NCBI GenBank assembly: GCA_945957335.1
Contig: CAMFLJ010000001.1
Location: 1 to 39,649, forward strand
DNA length: 39,649 bases
Direction: 5' to 3'
Origin: an uncultured Actinomycetes bacterium
Lineage (GTDB): Bacteria > Actinomycetota > Acidimicrobiia > Acidimicrobiales > Acidimicrobilacustridaceae
Of the stretch, positions 37,501 to 39,649 are shown piece by piece (the first letter of the stretch is position 1; each line of letters begins with the position of its first letter). Position numbers and translations under genes: made by a program. A model generated the notes under the pieces. That model was given only the letters and a program-made list of their open reading frames with translations, made no database searches and was not told the origin of the DNA.

Positions 37501-38367
37501 ACCTGGCAGCAGGCCACGGTGTCGGTGGAGAAGATCGAGGAGCTGCTCGACACCCCCGAGGGCACGCCGGCCCCCGCCGACCCGGTGCCGGTCGGCCGGC
37601 TGCGCGGCGAGGTCGAGCTGCGCGACGTGCACTTCGCCTACGCAGGTGCCGCCGGGGGAGAGGCGCTGGCCGGCGTCGACCTGCACGTGGCGCCGGGCGA
37701 GACGGTGGCGCTGGTGGGCGAGACGGGCGCCGGCAAGTCGACGATCGTGAAGCTGCTGGCCCGCTTCTACGACCCCACCTCGGGCACCGTCGCCGTCGAC
37801 GGCATCGACCTGCGCGACATCGACACGGGCGGGTTCCGCCGCCAGCTCGGCGTGGTGCCCCAGGAGGCGTTCCTCTTCACCGGCACCATCCGCGACAACA
37901 TCGCCTACGGGCGCGCCGACGCGTCGGAGGCCGAGGTCGAGGCCGCCGCCCGGGCCGTCGGCGCCCACGAGTTCATCGCCACGCTGCCCCAGGGCTACCG
38001 CACACCGGTGAGCGAGCGGGGCCGGTCGCTCTCGTCGGGCCAGCGCCAGATGATCGCCCTCGCCCGCGCCCGGCTGGTCGACCCGGCGATCCTCCTGCTC
38101 GACGAGGCCACCTCGCAGCTCGACCTGGCCAGCGAGGCGCGGGTGCAGCGGGCCATGGACGCCGCCGCGTCGGGCCGCACCACCATCCTCGTGGCCCACC
38201 GCCTGCCCACCGCCCGCCAGGCCGACCGCATCGTGGTGATCGACGACGGGCTGGTGGCCGAGCAGGGCACCCACGACGAGCTGCTCTCGCTCGGTGGCCG
38301 CTACGCCGAGCTGTGGCGGGCCTTCGCCAGCACCGGCGGCGAGGCCGACCGACCCGTCCCGGCCTGA
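34555..38367 (+). CDS. Fused full-length ABC exporter (TMD-NBD-TMD-NBD, 1270 aa), Rv0194-like architecture
   Basis: NBD1: 'GTSGSGKST', 'LSGGQRQR', 'ILVLDDATSAVD'. NBD2: 'GETGAGKST', 'LSSGQRQM', 'ILLLDEATSQLD'. Two 6-helix TMD regions. No in-frame stop between the halves. Poly-Gly linker. Confidence 0.9.
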   Translation: MTSPAELAIPPQGGWIRRLSPYLLAHRRNVVIALVASVVGQGLSALTPVFAAVVIDDGITNKTRPVWPWILALVVAGLLSFGCAFLRRWVGGRVSLDVQFDLRNAIYERLQRLDFAGHDQLRTGQLVSRASTDLGLVQGLLAFLPIMLGNLVLLVIALVVMVILSPLLTLVVVATLPLLLVVSLRLRGKVFPATWDAQQRAGEVAGVVDEAVTGVRVVKGFGQEDRELDHLADVATGLYSSRARLVRLQAKFTSTLQAIPTLAQVAVLALGGWLALNGQLTLGAFLAFSSYLVQLVSPVRMLAGLFTVGQQARAGAERILDILEANAEVVDAPDAVELPPARGEVRFEGVRFGYSRREPVLDGLDLHVEAGEVVALVGTSGSGKSTVTALLPRFYDVAEGRVTVDGHDVREVTLESLRSQVGLVFEDAFLFSDSVRANIAYARPEASDAEVRAAAAAAGADRFVEALPEGYETVVGERGVTLSGGQRQRLALARAILTDPRILVLDDATSAVDSATEEAIHETLRELMAGRTTILIAHRRSTLRLARRIVVLDAGRVVAEGTHEELLESSSVYRDLFAGPDDVDLTLGDDDLDGEGLGEVAEPVLVGAAITESAWPALEDDDRPVATASVDAAPRIGSPGGGGGGGGGGMMGMSLTATPQILAALETLPPADDLPQVDVSAAAAPEPPPFLVRRFVRPWMRWLLFGLGLVVLDTVLTLLGPALVRRGIDSGVTVDDPSGLWSSVALFALVGLVDWGVVWAYTVVTGRTAERALFALRVKIFAHLQRLSLDYYDAELDGRIMTRMTTDVEALTQLVQTGLINGVVGIFTCIGVFVFLIVLSPPLAAVTALVLPPLFLATWWYRRRSSQAYAKARDAIADVNANLQESLSGVRVAQAYVREGRNISGFRSVNNRYLGHRLDAQKLVALYFPFVLLLSDLAAALVLGAGAVFESRGIVTAGTVIAFLLYLNQFFSPIQQLSQVLDTWQQATVSVEKIEELLDTPEGTPAPADPVPVGRLRGEVELRDVHFAYAGAAGGEALAGVDLHVAPGETVALVGETGAGKSTIVKLLARFYDPTSGTVAVDGIDLRDIDTGGFRRQLGVVPQEAFLFTGTIRDNIAYGRADASEAEVEAAARAVGAHEFIATLPQGYRTPVSERGRSLSSGQRQMIALARARLVDPAILLLDEATSQLDLASEARVQRAMDAAASGRTTILVAHRLPTARQADRIVVIDDGLVAEQGTHDELLSLGGRYAELWRAFASTGGEADRPVPA

Positions 38368-38403
38368 CGCCGGGCCCCGACGCTCGACCGGCGTCCGGAC
38401 GCG

Positions 38404-38431
38404 CCACGGCCGCCCCGGAGGGCGGCCGTGG
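38404..38431. terminator. 12-bp perfect hairpin between the convergent ABC gene and ino1
   Basis: CCACGGCCGCCC-cgga-GGGCGGCCGTGG. Confidence 0.65.
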
Positions 38432-38458
38432 GTGCTGCTCGACGGACGCTGCGCTGCG

Positions 38459-39649
<1,191 letters not shown>

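Overview
High-GC (roughly 70%+ by eye) actinobacterial chromosome segment carrying the conserved origin-proximal gene order. On the + strand: jag-rsmG-parA-parB. On the - strand, an ~8.7-kb array: trxA, trxB, a SigM-like ECF sigma with its anti-sigma, a Ser/Thr kinase, DegV, an Rv3909-like protein and a GNAT. Then an HDAC-like deacetylase, the CCA-adding enzyme, a DUF5318-like protein, a class A PBP, panB, rpsF-ssb-rpsR-rplI and dnaB. A more variable stretch follows: hypothetical membrane proteins, cupin/VOC proteins, a glutaminase-STAS-cNMP fusion, two PPOX/F420-type enzymes, a serine hydrolase, a second ECF sigma with a C-terminal extension, csp, a 1270-aa fused ABC exporter and ino1. I see no rRNA, tRNA, CRISPR array, transposase, integrase or recognisable defence genes. 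Most long ORFs antisense to real genes are high-GC shadow ORFs. The unexplained signal is non-coding. A ~128-bp dispersed element has covarying end-pairing stems, with three copies bracketing rsmG and parAB. It seeds a degenerate tandem array that fills a 1-kb spacer bounded by two parS sites. Other points worth a second look: a cluster of perfect DnaA boxes just upstream of dnaB, an S18 protein with a repeat-containing C-terminal extension, an ECF sigma whose homology runs upstream of any canonical start and is in frame with the kinase stop codon, and a catalytically intact kinase carrying an MviN-like ectodomain but no MurJ domain. All calls rest on motif reading of the supplied translations and manual inspection of the DNA. 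No database search was possible.
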